Sequence record: NC_027399.1
DNA length: 64,000 bases
Reading direction: 5' to 3' (one strand)
Shown: piece by piece, positions 1 through 10,942 of the stretch
Layout of the letters: every line of letters begins with the position of its first letter
Numbering within the stretch: position 1 is the stretch's first letter
Notes under the pieces: generated by a model
Told to the model about the DNA's origin: nothing
The model's input: only the letters and a program-made list of their open reading frames with translations
Databases searched by the model: none
Translations under genes and position numbers: made by a program

Positions 1-2
1 AA

Positions 3-830
3 GAGATATTAAATTTTATAGAAAATCTTGGTATTGAATGTGTAACGAATACACGCTCTGTTTTAAAAAGTACTATGGAATTGGATATTTTTATACCTGA
101 CTTGAATGTTGCAATAGAAATTAATGGTATGTACTGGCATAGTACTGAATACAAAGAACGACTGTATCATCAAAACAAAATGTTGGAATGTAAAGAACAT
201 GGCATTCACTTAATACAGATATGGGAAGATGAATGGAATACCAAACAAGATTTGGTTAAATTTCGTTTGATGAATGTATTAAAATGCTCCAGTACTATAT
301 ATGCAAGAAAATGTAAAATAAAAGAAATCAATAAAAAAGAATGTGATAATTTTATTAATACATACCATATCCAAGGTTCTAGTTCATCATCTATTAGAAT
401 TGGTTTATATTACGAAAATGAATTATATGCAGTTATGACATTTGGAAAATCCAGATTTGATAAAACTGTTCAGTATGAATTGATACGATATTGTTCAAAA
501 AGTACAGTCGTTGGCGGTGCATCTAAATTATTAAAGTACTTTGAGAAGAAATACAAACCAGTGTCGTTGATTTCTTATGCAGATGCGTGTTGGAGTACTG
601 GTGATTTATATATTAAACTTGGTTTTACATATAATGGATTAACTGAACCTGGTTATTTTTATTACAAATCAAGTACTGGTAGAATTTCAAGGCATCAATG
701 TCAAAAGAAAAAACTAGTCAATCAGGGATATGATGAAAATTTATCAGAATATCAAATATGTACCACTGTACTTAAATATAACAAAATATTTGATTGTGGT
801 AATTTTAAATTCACTAAATATTACATATAA
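3..830 (+). CDS. Hef-like homing endonuclease (Vsr/DUF559-like nuclease + Mom-like GNAT domain), 5'-truncated by window edge
   Basis: Frame is open from base 3. LDIFIP..AIEINGMYWH..KMLEC..GIHLIQIWEDEW nuclease motif, followed by IYARKC..YAD..WSTG.LY.KLGF GNAT/Mom-like domain. Paralog of 18992..20701. Confidence 0.7.
   Translation, partial: EILNFIENLGIECVTNTRSVLKSTMELDIFIPDLNVAIEINGMYWHSTEYKERLYHQNKMLECKEHGIHLIQIWEDEWNTKQDLVKFRLMNVLKCSSTIYARKCKIKEINKKECDNFINTYHIQGSSSSSIRIGLYYENELYAVMTFGKSRFDKTVQYELIRYCSKSTVVGGASKLLKYFEKKYKPVSLISYADACWSTGDLYIKLGFTYNGLTEPGYFYYKSSTGRISRHQCQKKKLVNQGYDENLSEYQICTTVLKYNKIFDCGNFKFTKYYI
815..820 (+). promoter_or_regulatory. late promoter-like TAAATA
   Basis: TAAATA ~30 nt upstream of the 850 ORF; the same motif precedes other structural-looking genes. 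Confidence 0.45.
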
Positions 831-849
831 CTTATAAGGAATATATAAA

Positions 850-1473
850 ATGTCTGACATTAAAAAAATCATGGAAGCTGAAAATCGTGTAGAAGCACTG
901 AAGTTCATGCAGATTAATGAAAGTAATATTGAAAAACTGGAAGTGGTTCTCGCAATCAAATCTGGTATTGCCGATAAACTACAACGTGCTTCTGAGCAGT
1001 TGATGAACTACAGCGTTGACGTTCTCGGTCCAATTGTTGATCGTATTAAAGCAGAAGAAGGTATTGAAGTGGCCGAAGAATTTCAGTCCAGAGTTAAAAA
1101 CATCCTTCAACATGCAGCAGATGTAGTTATGGATGCTAAAGACCAGATCACTAACGAAACTCTTAAACTTACTGGTGATGTAGCTGATAATCCAGATGTG
1201 GCTGATATCGGTATTGATGATGATCTAACCGTTGATGAGGAAACCCCAACTTTTGATATGGAATCTGATGCTTCCTTTGATGATATTGAAGAACCTGTAC
1301 CGGAAGATCGTGCAATGAAAGAATCTGTACAATATACCCAAGTTGGTATCAAAATGGAAAGTACTAAAGGTACTATTGGTACAAAATATTTCAGTACTCA
1401 TAAAGAAGCTGAAAAATGGCTCAAAGAAAATGAATCTAAAGTCAAAAAAGTACTTGGGTTCGAGAAAAAATAA
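850..1473 (+). CDS. acidic late protein, probable virion/head-associated
   Basis: 207-aa ORF with a D/E-rich linker, downstream of TAAATA. Confidence 0.5.
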   Translation: MSDIKKIMEAENRVEALKFMQINESNIEKLEVVLAIKSGIADKLQRASEQLMNYSVDVLGPIVDRIKAEEGIEVAEEFQSRVKNILQHAADVVMDAKDQITNETLKLTGDVADNPDVADIGIDDDLTVDEETPTFDMESDASFDDIEEPVPEDRAMKESVQYTQVGIKMESTKGTIGTKYFSTHKEAEKWLKENESKVKKVLGFEKK

Positions 1474-1481
1474 GGTTAATT

Positions 1482-1832
1482 ATGAAATTTCGTGATATTG
1501 TAAAAATCACAGAAGATGCACCACCAAAAGATATTCGCAATATGATCACCAGTATTGCATTATCACTAGTTGCATCTGGTAGGGAAGAGGTTGGTATTCA
1601 GTCATTGGTTAATGAAATTAAGAAAAGGACTGGTATTGATGTTCCTTATAATGTGATGATGGATATTTTAAATTCGTTGCCATTTGTTCAGGATGCAAAT
1701 TCTGATAGAGTACAATTTTCAGGAACTGATACCAGTACTGACTTTAAGCAACCTAATTCAGAAGAAAGTTCTGAACAAAAAGTACAAGATATGGCTGGTA
1801 AAGCAGCCACCGACAGTATGAAATCACTATAA
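1482..1832 (+). CDS. hypothetical protein, possible internal head protein
   Basis: 116-aa ORF; N-terminus MKFRDIVKITE resembles T4-type capsid-targeting leaders. Confidence 0.5.
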   Translation: MKFRDIVKITEDAPPKDIRNMITSIALSLVASGREEVGIQSLVNEIKKRTGIDVPYNVMMDILNSLPFVQDANSDRVQFSGTDTSTDFKQPNSEESSEQKVQDMAGKAATDSMKSL

Positions 1833-1837
1833 AATTT

Positions 1838-1867
1838 TTGAACAAAAAGACAAAAATAAGCTATAAT
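1838..1867 (+). promoter_or_regulatory. sigma70-type early promoter
   Basis: TTGAAC-18-TATAAT. Confidence 0.6.
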
Positions 1868-1884
1868 TATGGAGTAACAAGGGA

Positions 1885-2592
1885 ATGTTTGTTCCACCTA
1901 TTATTAGCAGATATTCTTATGTTGATTATAAAAGAATTGAAGGCGGCTCTCAGGGTCGCCTTTATTCTACCCCAACCGGAAATCTGCCATCGGTAACTAC
2001 AATTCTAAGTGCCACATCCAATGATGAAGGATTGAAAAAATGGCGTGAATTTGTGGGAGAAGAAAAAGCCAATGCTATCACACTGGAAGCAACGACAATT
2101 GGTACCTTTATGCATGAAAATTTAGAAAATAGATTAAATTCTAAGCCAGATCATGAAGGTGGTATGCCAGTACGTGTATTAGCAAGAAAAATGGCTGATA
2201 AAATTCAAGAAGAAGCGTGGCCTAAAATTAATGAAGTATGGGGTCAGGAAGTACCACTGTACTATGAAGGTCTATGGGCTGGAACAACAGATTTGGTTGG
2301 AATTCATGACGGAATTCCAACCATCATGGATTACAAAAATTCTAGAAAAAAGAAAACATGGAATCATATTGAAAATTACCGTTTACAAATTGCCGCATAT
2401 GCGTTGGCTCATAACTATATGTATGGAACTGATATACGACGTGGTGTAATATTTGTTTGTGTAAGAGAAGATCCTCAAAATTTACAATATCAGGAATTTA
2501 TAATTGAAGGTGATGATTTTGATGAAGCCGTACAAATGTGGATTTCTAGAGTAGAGCAATATTATATAATGAATGGGCAAATTATAAATTAA
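1885..2592 (+). CDS. PD-(D/E)XK RecB-family exonuclease
   Basis: PSVTTIL, GT.MH, AGTTDL..IMDYK, YRLQIAAYALA motifs. Confidence 0.85.
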   Translation: MFVPPIISRYSYVDYKRIEGGSQGRLYSTPTGNLPSVTTILSATSNDEGLKKWREFVGEEKANAITLEATTIGTFMHENLENRLNSKPDHEGGMPVRVLARKMADKIQEEAWPKINEVWGQEVPLYYEGLWAGTTDLVGIHDGIPTIMDYKNSRKKKTWNHIENYRLQIAAYALAHNYMYGTDIRRGVIFVCVREDPQNLQYQEFIIEGDDFDEAVQMWISRVEQYYIMNGQIIN

Positions 2593-2612
2593 ATTAGCAA
2601 ACTGGAGTAACA

Positions 2613-3149
2613 ATGAAAGACAACGTATACATTTATATTATTAAAGTACTGGAAGGTAAAGGTTACAATATCAATGAAGTAATCAAGAAAAGCGATAAAG
2701 AAATCAAATCTCTTCCTCTATCTCGTCAGATTATTGAGGGTATTATTTCTTATAAAGAAAAAGGTTCCCCAAAACTAGAAGAAATCGAAAAGAAAATCTT
2801 TGATAAGAGATATAACCCAGACGTGGAAGTAAAAACTTCAGATATTATCGAATATGTAAAAAACACCGATGAACAAAATGAAGTCCTGGATAATATTAAA
2901 CAAGAACAACTTGAAGAAATTCCTGATGATGTAATTGTAATTAAACATACTGCTCCTAACAAAGAAGATTTGGATATCATCAAAGATGCCCTTCAACAAA
3001 AAGAACTCCGTACAATTGCAAAATATGTTAAACACCTGAAAGACACCGTTCCTTCTGCTATTATGTCTGCTGTTGATAGTGTGACTATTAATGACCTAAT
3101 TAATGCACGAATTGCAGAAGTAAAATCAGCAGAAGAAAAAACTAAATAA
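2613..3149 (+). CDS. hypothetical protein
   Basis: 178-aa ORF with GGAG RBS. Confidence 0.7.
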   Translation: MKDNVYIYIIKVLEGKGYNINEVIKKSDKEIKSLPLSRQIIEGIISYKEKGSPKLEEIEKKIFDKRYNPDVEVKTSDIIEYVKNTDEQNEVLDNIKQEQLEEIPDDVIVIKHTAPNKEDLDIIKDALQQKELRTIAKYVKHLKDTVPSAIMSAVDSVTINDLINARIAEVKSAEEKTK

Positions 3150-3180
3150 TCCTATAACGAACTTTGATTAAGGGTTTAAT

Positions 3181-3756
3181 ATGGCTCAACAACAAATCGC
3201 TTTACAACAAATCAGAACAGGTAAACAGCGTGATTTACCGGATGCGTTGGAAAAAGGACAACTAGGATTCAGTACTGACGTAGGTCGTATGTTCGTTGGT
3301 TTACCATCCTCATCTGATCCTGCAAGTTTAGTAGCAGGTCGTAATTGGGACAATGCACCAAATAGTGGGAAAGAAAATGTAGAAATTATTACGGAGTTTA
3401 CACCATGGCAGGTTGTTTCTAATATTGTAAACCGACCGTATGTATTCTCTGTACCGAAGGGTGGCAGTACGCAAATTTCAATTCAAAGTGATAATAGAGT
3501 GTTTCTTGATTATATGGCATATAACGATACTTCCAGTATTCTGGAAAGTGGTAATGTACAAATGTTGTGTAATGATTCAAAAACACTACTGGCACAATTT
3601 AATAATACAACTCAAGAAGAGGGTATCATTTCATTGACTTTCTCGGATGCAACATTCGATGAAAGTACTAAATTGATGGTATTCACTATCACTAATAATG
3701 ACACGGAAAGTGATTATAGTATAGAATTCGTATATAGAGGCTGGGATAAACCGTAA
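3181..3756 (+). CDS. virion structural protein with Mtd_N-like N-terminus
   Basis: IQ.R.G...LP..L..G.LG...D..RMFVG pattern typical of tail/baseplate N-terminal domains. Confidence 0.6.
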   Translation: MAQQQIALQQIRTGKQRDLPDALEKGQLGFSTDVGRMFVGLPSSSDPASLVAGRNWDNAPNSGKENVEIITEFTPWQVVSNIVNRPYVFSVPKGGSTQISIQSDNRVFLDYMAYNDTSSILESGNVQMLCNDSKTLLAQFNNTTQEEGIISLTFSDATFDESTKLMVFTITNNDTESDYSIEFVYRGWDKP

Positions 3757-3775
3757 AAGGCTCCCAGCCTTTTTA
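3757..3775 (+). terminator. rho-independent terminator
   Basis: AAGGCT-CCC-AGCCTT followed by T tract. Confidence 0.6.
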
Positions 3776-3824
3776 TCCCCTAAAATAATTAAAAACAATA
3801 AAAAAAAACTTAAAAGGATGTAAA

Positions 3825-6140
3825 ATGATTAACGTTATTAAACGTGATGGATCAAAAGAACCACTCGACCTTGATAAAATTCACCAGATTTTATTTTTTG
3901 CATGTGAAGGTATTTCTGGTGTGTCTGTGTCCGAAATTGAAATTCGTGCTAAATTGCAATTTCATGAAGGAATTAAAACTTCTGTAATTCATGATATCCT
4001 AATTAAAAGTTCATCAGAGCTTATTTCTGAAGATACTCCAAATTATCAATACGTAGCTGGTCGTCTTTTGAATTATAGTATTCGTAAAGAAGTTTATGGT
4101 CAGTATGAACCAATTCCTTACGGAGAATATGTAAATAACATGGTTCAAAAAGGTATATACGATCCTATCATTCTGGAAAAATATAATTCAGCAGAAATCG
4201 AAGAACTCGGGAAATGCATTAAACACAAACGTGATGATAAATTTACTTTTGTTGCAATGAGTCAATGGCAAGGTAAGTATCTGTGTAAAAACCGTGTAAC
4301 TAAAGAAATTTATGAAACACCACAAATGGCTTATATGACTATCGCTGCTACGATTTTCTCTGAATACAGTACTGAAATTCGTTTGTCATATGTTAAGAAG
4401 TTCTATGATGCTATTAGTACTTTTGATATTAGTTTACCAACTCCGATTATGTCCGGTCTTCGCACTAATACACGTCAGTTCTCAAGTTGTGTAGTACTGA
4501 ATGTTGGCGATAGTCTTGATAGTATTGGTTCCAGTAATCATGCAATCCTGCGTTATATTTCACGTAAAGCAGGGCTTGGTGTTAATATGGGACGTATTCG
4601 TGCAATTGATTCTGCAATTCGTGATGGCGATGCAGTACATACTGGTGTAGTACCATTCTTATCTGCATTAGCAAAAACTGTCAAAAGCTGTTCCCAGGGA
4701 GGTGTAAGAGGCGGGGCAGCAACCGTACATTTTCCAATGTGGCATTTGGAATTTGAAAATATTGTAGTACTGAAAAATAATAAAGGAACTGAATTTAACC
4801 GAGTAAGACAACTGGACTATTGCTTCCAAATCAATAAGACATTATATCAACGATTGATTGATGGAAAAGACATTACATTCTTTAGCCCACATGATGTTCC
4901 TGATCTATATGATGCATTTTGTGCTGATCAAGAAGAATTTGAACGTCTGTATATTAAGTATGAACTCGATGAAACTATTCGTAGGAAAACTATGCCAGCG
5001 ATTGAAGCATTTAGTCATCTAATACAAGAGCGTGCAGAAACTGGCCGCATTTATATTCAGAATATTGATAATGCCAATGAGCATGGTTCATTTATTCCAG
5101 AAATTGCACCAATTGAGCAAAGTAATTTGTGTCAGGAAATTGATTTACCATCTGTTCCATTTGAAGATATTAATAATGGTGAAGGTCTTATTAGCCTATG
5201 TACTTTGAGTGCTATTAACTGGGGTAATTTTGACAAACCCGAAGATATGGAAGAAGCGTGTGATTTGGCTGTCCGTGCCCTGGATGCTATTCTTGATTAT
5301 CAGGATTATCCAGTACTACATGCTGAACGAGCTACAAAGCTCTACAGACCACTTGGTGTTGGTATTATGAGCCTAGCCTATTTCCTGGCTAAACGTGGCT
5401 TAAAATACGATACAAACGCATTGAGCACTATTAACGAATGGTCAGAAGCGTGGTCTTATTATTTGATTAAAGCATCCGTAAACCTTGCAAAAGAAAAAGG
5501 GCATTGTGATGGATTTAAGAATACTAAGTACTCACTGGGTTTATTCCCACATGACACTTATAAATCAGATTCATATATCAATGAAATTGCACCATATGAA
5601 TTAAAACAAGATTGGGATTCCCTACGTGAAGAAATGATGGTGTATGGTATTCGTAATGCTACATTACATGCAAATATGCCAGGAGAAACATCATCACAAA
5701 TCAGTAATAGTACTGCTGGTATTGAAAAGATTCGTTCTCTTGTAACAGTAAAAACTTCTAAAGATGGTGTTCTTAAACAAGTTGTACCTGAAATTTCAAA
5801 ATTAAAGAACAAATATGACCTACTATGGGAACAATCTGATAATATTGGTTATCTTCAGGTGTGCGGCGTTATGCAGAAATACATGGATCAAGGTATAAGT
5901 ACTAATACGAGTTATAATCCTGAAAAGTTCCAAGATGGAAAAGTGCCAATGTCAGTACTGTTAACAGAACTTCTAATGGCTTATAAACTTAACACAAAAC
6001 AACTATACTATCATAACGTGTTGGACAATGCTTCTGAAGTTGATATTGACAAATATATGGAAGAAAAAAATAAATTAACAAAAAATGATATTGTTTTGCC
6101 TGAGCTACCAGAAGATGATTGTGAGAGTTGTAAATTGTAA
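3825..6140 (+). CDS. nrdA: class Ia ribonucleotide reductase alpha subunit
   Basis: ATP cone VIKRDG, PTPIMSG, RQFSSC, SQGGVRGGA, QSNLCQEI, C-terminal CESC. Confidence 0.97.
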   Translation: MINVIKRDGSKEPLDLDKIHQILFFACEGISGVSVSEIEIRAKLQFHEGIKTSVIHDILIKSSSELISEDTPNYQYVAGRLLNYSIRKEVYGQYEPIPYGEYVNNMVQKGIYDPIILEKYNSAEIEELGKCIKHKRDDKFTFVAMSQWQGKYLCKNRVTKEIYETPQMAYMTIAATIFSEYSTEIRLSYVKKFYDAISTFDISLPTPIMSGLRTNTRQFSSCVVLNVGDSLDSIGSSNHAILRYISRKAGLGVNMGRIRAIDSAIRDGDAVHTGVVPFLSALAKTVKSCSQGGVRGGAATVHFPMWHLEFENIVVLKNNKGTEFNRVRQLDYCFQINKTLYQRLIDGKDITFFSPHDVPDLYDAFCADQEEFERLYIKYELDETIRRKTMPAIEAFSHLIQERAETGRIYIQNIDNANEHGSFIPEIAPIEQSNLCQEIDLPSVPFEDINNGEGLISLCTLSAINWGNFDKPEDMEEACDLAVRALDAILDYQDYPVLHAERATKLYRPLGVGIMSLAYFLAKRGLKYDTNALSTINEWSEAWSYYLIKASVNLAKEKGHCDGFKNTKYSLGLFPHDTYKSDSYINEIAPYELKQDWDSLREEMMVYGIRNATLHANMPGETSSQISNSTAGIEKIRSLVTVKTSKDGVLKQVVPEISKLKNKYDLLWEQSDNIGYLQVCGVMQKYMDQGISTNTSYNPEKFQDGKVPMSVLLTELLMAYKLNTKQLYYHNVLDNASEVDIDKYMEEKNKLTKNDIVLPELPEDDCESCKL

Positions 6141-6237
6141 TATATTAATTACTAAAAATATCACAAATTAATATCAATAGTAAAAAGCTAAACACCATAT
6201 AACGGTTTTTACTTTCGAATACAAATAATAATATAAT

Positions 6238-6263
6238 AAATCCCACAATTAAGTGGGATTTTT
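6238..6263 (+). terminator. rho-independent terminator
   Basis: AAATCCCAC-AATTAA-GTGGGATTT plus T tract. Confidence 0.7.
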
Positions 6264-6290
6264 ATTCTATAAAACAAAGGAATGTAACAA

Positions 6291-7415
6291 ATGTCAGTGT
6301 TTCAAAAAAATACAAAATCACATTTAGAAAAGAATATGTTTTTTGATGAAGCGGTAGATATCCAACGCTTTGAAACTAACAAGTATTCTACCATTGAGAA
6401 ATTAACCGAACAACAAAAAGGATTTTTCTGGAGTCCCGGTGAAGTTGATGTAAATAAAGACAAAATTGATTTTACTAAATTATCTGAAGCGGAAAAGCAT
6501 ATTTTCACTTCCAACCTCAAACGTCAGATACTACTTGATTCAGTACAGGGTCGTGGTCCAAACACGGTACTTCTACCACTGGCTTCGTTACCGGAAGTAG
6601 AAAATTTTATTGAAACTTGGGCGTTCTTTGAAGGTGCAATTCATAGTAAATCATATACTCATATTATTCGTAACATCTACACCAATCCATCTGAAGTATT
6701 TGATACTATGCTTGATATTCCTGAAATTCTGGATTGTGCCGTTGACGTATCTAAGTACTATGATGATTTAGAAGAATACGGTACTTGGTATCGTATGCTT
6801 GGTGTTGGCACACATACTATCAATGGTAAAGAACTTGTTATTGACATGTATGAACTGAAAAAGAAACTGTGGTTGTGCTTAAATTCCATTAACGTATTGG
6901 AGGGTATACGATTTTATGTCTCATTCGCTGCATCCTTTGCATTTGGTGAAAATAAAATCATGGAAGGTAATGCCAAGATCATTAGACTAATTGCGAGGGA
7001 TGAGTCTCTCCATTTAGCAGCAACTCAAATGATGCTTCGTTTGTTGAAAAAAGAAGATCCAGACTTTGTTAAAATTTCTGAAGAATGCTATGATGAAGTC
7101 CAGAGTATGTTCCTGGATGCTATTAAGCAAGAAGAAGACTGGGCTGATTATCTATTTAAAGATGGTTCTATTATTGGTCTTAATGCTGAAATACTAAAAC
7201 AGTATGTTCGCTGGATTGGATCTAAACGTATGGCAGCAGTTGGAATTAAGTGTCCATATGCTGTAACGAAAAATAGCCCACTCCCATGGATGGAACATTG
7301 GATTAGTAGTGCGGGTGTGCAGGTTGCACCACAAGAAACTGAAATTAGTTCCTATGTAATTGGTGGTATCAAAGCCGATATTACAGAAAACACGTTCAGT
7401 ACATTTAAACTATAA
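6291..7415 (+). CDS. nrdB: class Ia ribonucleotide reductase beta subunit
   Basis: FFWSPGEV, LKRQILLDSVQGR, EGAIHSKSY, LEGIRFYVSF, RDESLH, VAPQETEISSY. Confidence 0.97.
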   Translation: MSVFQKNTKSHLEKNMFFDEAVDIQRFETNKYSTIEKLTEQQKGFFWSPGEVDVNKDKIDFTKLSEAEKHIFTSNLKRQILLDSVQGRGPNTVLLPLASLPEVENFIETWAFFEGAIHSKSYTHIIRNIYTNPSEVFDTMLDIPEILDCAVDVSKYYDDLEEYGTWYRMLGVGTHTINGKELVIDMYELKKKLWLCLNSINVLEGIRFYVSFAASFAFGENKIMEGNAKIIRLIARDESLHLAATQMMLRLLKKEDPDFVKISEECYDEVQSMFLDAIKQEEDWADYLFKDGSIIGLNAEILKQYVRWIGSKRMAAVGIKCPYAVTKNSPLPWMEHWISSAGVQVAPQETEISSYVIGGIKADITENTFSTFKL

Positions 7416-7422
7416 AATACAA

Positions 7423-7455
7423 AATTCAGTACTTAATCAGTACTGAATTTTTTTA
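7423..7455 (+). terminator. rho-independent terminator built on two AGTACT sites
   Basis: AAATTCAGTACT-TAATC-AGTACTGAATTT plus T tract. Confidence 0.65.
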
Positions 7456-7468
7456 TAAGGTATAAATT

Positions 7469-7660
7469 ATGGATGAAATAAATCATATTACAAAAGATGT
7501 TTTTACTATTGATTACGGGGTTGAATACAAATTCGTAATGCAAGGTGGGTTTGAAATTTTAGGAACCGTTGTTGATGTGTTTGATAACGGGATTGAGCTA
7601 TCAGATGGCACTCGACTGGTGCAGGAGCATATTCTTTTATTCAAAGCGATGAAACGATAA
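7469..7660 (+). CDS. small hypothetical protein
   Basis: 63-aa ORF with AAGG RBS. Confidence 0.55.
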   Translation: MDEINHITKDVFTIDYGVEYKFVMQGGFEILGTVVDVFDNGIELSDGTRLVQEHILLFKAMKR

Positions 7661-7665
7661 AATTT

Positions 7666-7695
7666 TTGAACAGACACAAATTCATGTGATATAAT
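7666..7695 (+). promoter_or_regulatory. sigma70-type early promoter
   Basis: TTGAAC-18-TATAAT. Confidence 0.6.
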
Positions 7696-7732
7696 AAACT
7701 TGATAAAACACCAACACTAAGGAAACAAACAA

Positions 7733-7975
7733 ATGAACGAACTAAACAAAGAAGCTCTAAATGAAATGGTAGAAAACAACATCGAAGCAGCACAAGAAGA
7801 AATTGGTTATGAATTGTCAGAAGAAGATCTGGCAAAATCTCGTGATATCATTGCTCAACTGACTAAGTACTACAACATCAAAGATCAGAAACAAGAACAT
7901 AACAAAAAGATCAAAGCACAACGCCGAGCTAAAAATAAAGTACAACGTAATTCTCGTCGTATTAACCGAAAATAA
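7733..7975 (+). CDS. small protein with acidic N-terminus and basic C-terminal tail
   Basis: 80 aa, ends RRAKNKVQRNSRRINRK; AAGGA RBS. Confidence 0.7.
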   Translation: MNELNKEALNEMVENNIEAAQEEIGYELSEEDLAKSRDIIAQLTKYYNIKDQKQEHNKKIKAQRRAKNKVQRNSRRINRK

Positions 7976-7990
7976 AAAGAGGTACCCAAG

Positions 7991-9108
<1,118 letters not shown>

Positions 9109-9111
9109 TAA

Positions 9112-9134
9112 AAAGGAGGACCGTTGTCCTCCTT
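9112..9134. terminator. bidirectional terminator between convergent genes
   Basis: AAGGAGGAC-CGTT-GTCCTCCTT with an A tract on the 5' side. Confidence 0.65.
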
Positions 9135-9777
9135 ATAGTTTATTTAATTCAGTACCAATGAACTGCATTTGATCTTTGATTTTATTGACAAGTAATTCAA
9201 CTTCGAATTTATTACAAGGTTTATCAACTGTAATCATTGTATATCCTACGATTTCATACCCTTTGGTGTCCAAAATAGGAATAGTGATAACAGTATCATA
9301 TGTGACCCTTGTGCTTTTAACATAAGCACATGTGAAGTTTTTCGGATCATAATTTTGACTACATTCGTTGTTTGAAGTATAGATATTTTCAAAATGTACT
9401 TTGTTTAAAAGTAATTCTTGAAAAGTATTATTTTTCTTGTCAATCAAATACATATAATTACTTATCTTTCTTTCTGGATAACGGTTTTTAAATGCTATCC
9501 CTTCTTGTGATACTATTATTTTTGTATTTTTATCTTTGTTAAATTTATATACAACTATATATTGTACTGAATCATCAAGATTTATAATTTCTTGCATATT
9601 GGTATCAATCCTGTTGATATGATAACTATATGGAAAAGCATTCTCTTGAATATGCGGAACTATTTGATTAACCAAAAAATCAGTTATTGTATCTTTATTG
9701 TAAATCATTAAAGAGAGTATAGTAACGAAAAACGCTATAATACAAAGCTTTGATAGACCATGTTTTGTGCTGAGCAT
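9133..9777 (-). CDS. T4 gpT-like holin paralog 2 (one N-terminal TM + periplasmic domain)
   Basis: One N-terminal hydrophobic helix; YIVVYKF and ITIPILD..GY.VGY.MI align with T-type AVYSF and SCPYF..AGTITM blocks. Confidence 0.5.
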   Translation of the reverse strand: MLSTKHGLSKLCIIAFFVTILSLMIYNKDTITDFLVNQIVPHIQENAFPYSYHINRIDTNMQEIINLDDSVQYIVVYKFNKDKNTKIIVSQEGIAFKNRYPERKISNYMYLIDKKNNTFQELLLNKVHFENIYTSNNECSQNYDPKNFTCAYVKSTRVTYDTVITIPILDTKGYEIVGYTMITVDKPCNKFEVELLVNKIKDQMQFIGTELNKL

Positions 9778-9789
9778 AAGTTTACCTCC

Positions 9790-10512
9790 TTAATATTCCA
9801 AATAATAACCAACATCATTCGCAATATTTTGTGCTATGTTGTTGAATTGCTCAACTTCAGCTTCATCTTTAGGAACTCTTTTGAAATATACAGCAATATA
9901 CCCAGTTATTGTTGCAAATTTAACAGGAGCAGAAACAAGATAAACATTTCCATCATTAACTAATGCAGGATAGTTAATCTGAGATGTATATTCGTTTCGT
10001 GTCTCATTACTATCTTTCAAATACTCTGTGTATATTTTTTTTATTTCAACATAATATATGTGATTATTCCATAATTTATTAGTTTCTGCAAGAAATGAAC
10101 TTAGTGGCAAGTTATCTAAATGGTAGACACTAATATCGTCTTTATTTGGTGGATTAACCTTATAGGTAACTAAAATACGTCTTTCTGAAAATTGTGTATT
10201 TTCAGGAACATACTTATAAACTAATATCATAGATATATCATTTGGATAAGCATTGATTGCTTTAGTTAGCCCTTTATCAATAGTATCTTTATTTTCTTTC
10301 TTTATAGTATACTTCGTAGAATTTCCTAGTTCTTCATGTTTATTGGGATTGTTTAATGTATTATTGATATATAATGTCCAAGAATCTGCTGTACTATATA
10401 TAATAAAACCAATAACCAAGCAAAAAAACACTGTAATTATTTTAGAAGTCTTCCATTTCGTGATCATATCAAGGAGTTTATTAATATTTTCACTATCAAA
10501 ATTGATATTCAT
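9790..10512 (-). CDS. T4 gpT-like holin paralog 1
   Basis: TM helix then ADSW, ILVYKYVPEN, SAPV..ITGYIAVYFKR and NIAQNIA, colinear with T4 holin T as I recall it; late promoter upstream. Confidence 0.6.
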   Translation of the reverse strand: MNINFDSENINKLLDMITKWKTSKIITVFFCLVIGFIIYSTADSWTLYINNTLNNPNKHEELGNSTKYTIKKENKDTIDKGLTKAINAYPNDISMILVYKYVPENTQFSERRILVTYKVNPPNKDDISVYHLDNLPLSSFLAETNKLWNNHIYYVEIKKIYTEYLKDSNETRNEYTSQINYPALVNDGNVYLVSAPVKFATITGYIAVYFKRVPKDEAEVEQFNNIAQNIANDVGYYLEY

Positions 10513-10543
10513 ATCTCAATCCCCATGAGTAGACTATATAGAG

Positions 10544-10549
10544 TATTTA
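10544..10549 (-). promoter_or_regulatory. late promoter-like TAAATA for holin-like operon
   Basis: TAAATA on - strand ~32 nt upstream of the 10512 start; GGGGA/GAG RBS. Confidence 0.5.
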
Positions 10550-10585
10550 CCCAAAAACTAATTTTACCATGAGATAATTCTTAAT

Positions 10586-10942
10586 ATGATAATTTTATAC
10601 TTTCTATGGATTAATATATTATTAGTACTGATAACTTCAGGATTTAGTACTACTGCAATTGTTGTTTATATTTTAAGTTCAGTGTTTATGATTATGAGAT
10701 CATTATCTATAATTTTCAGTACTGAATTAGCAAAAAAGAATAATGATTTTTATGTCTTTTTATCAGAACTCAAAGATGATAATCCAAAATTAACTAAAAG
10801 TAATATCGTGTGTTCTAATATAATACACTTGGTACTAATATTTGTATTTTTACATAGTTATATTGCATTGGGCTTTGTATTATTTAATGTTATTATTAGA
10901 CTTATCGAATCATATAAAATGGAGAAATTATTTAATGGCTAA
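10586..10942 (+). CDS. multi-pass membrane protein
   Basis: 118 aa with 3-4 hydrophobic segments. Confidence 0.55.
   Translation: MIILYFLWINILLVLITSGFSTTAIVVYILSSVFMIMRSLSIIFSTELAKKNNDFYVFLSELKDDNPKLTKSNIVCSNIIHLVLIFVFLHSYIALGFVLFNVIIRLIESYKMEKLFNG

Noticed and set aside
1885-2592. Cas4
   Set aside because: RecB-like nuclease motifs are present, but the Fe-S cysteine cluster and any cas context are absent.
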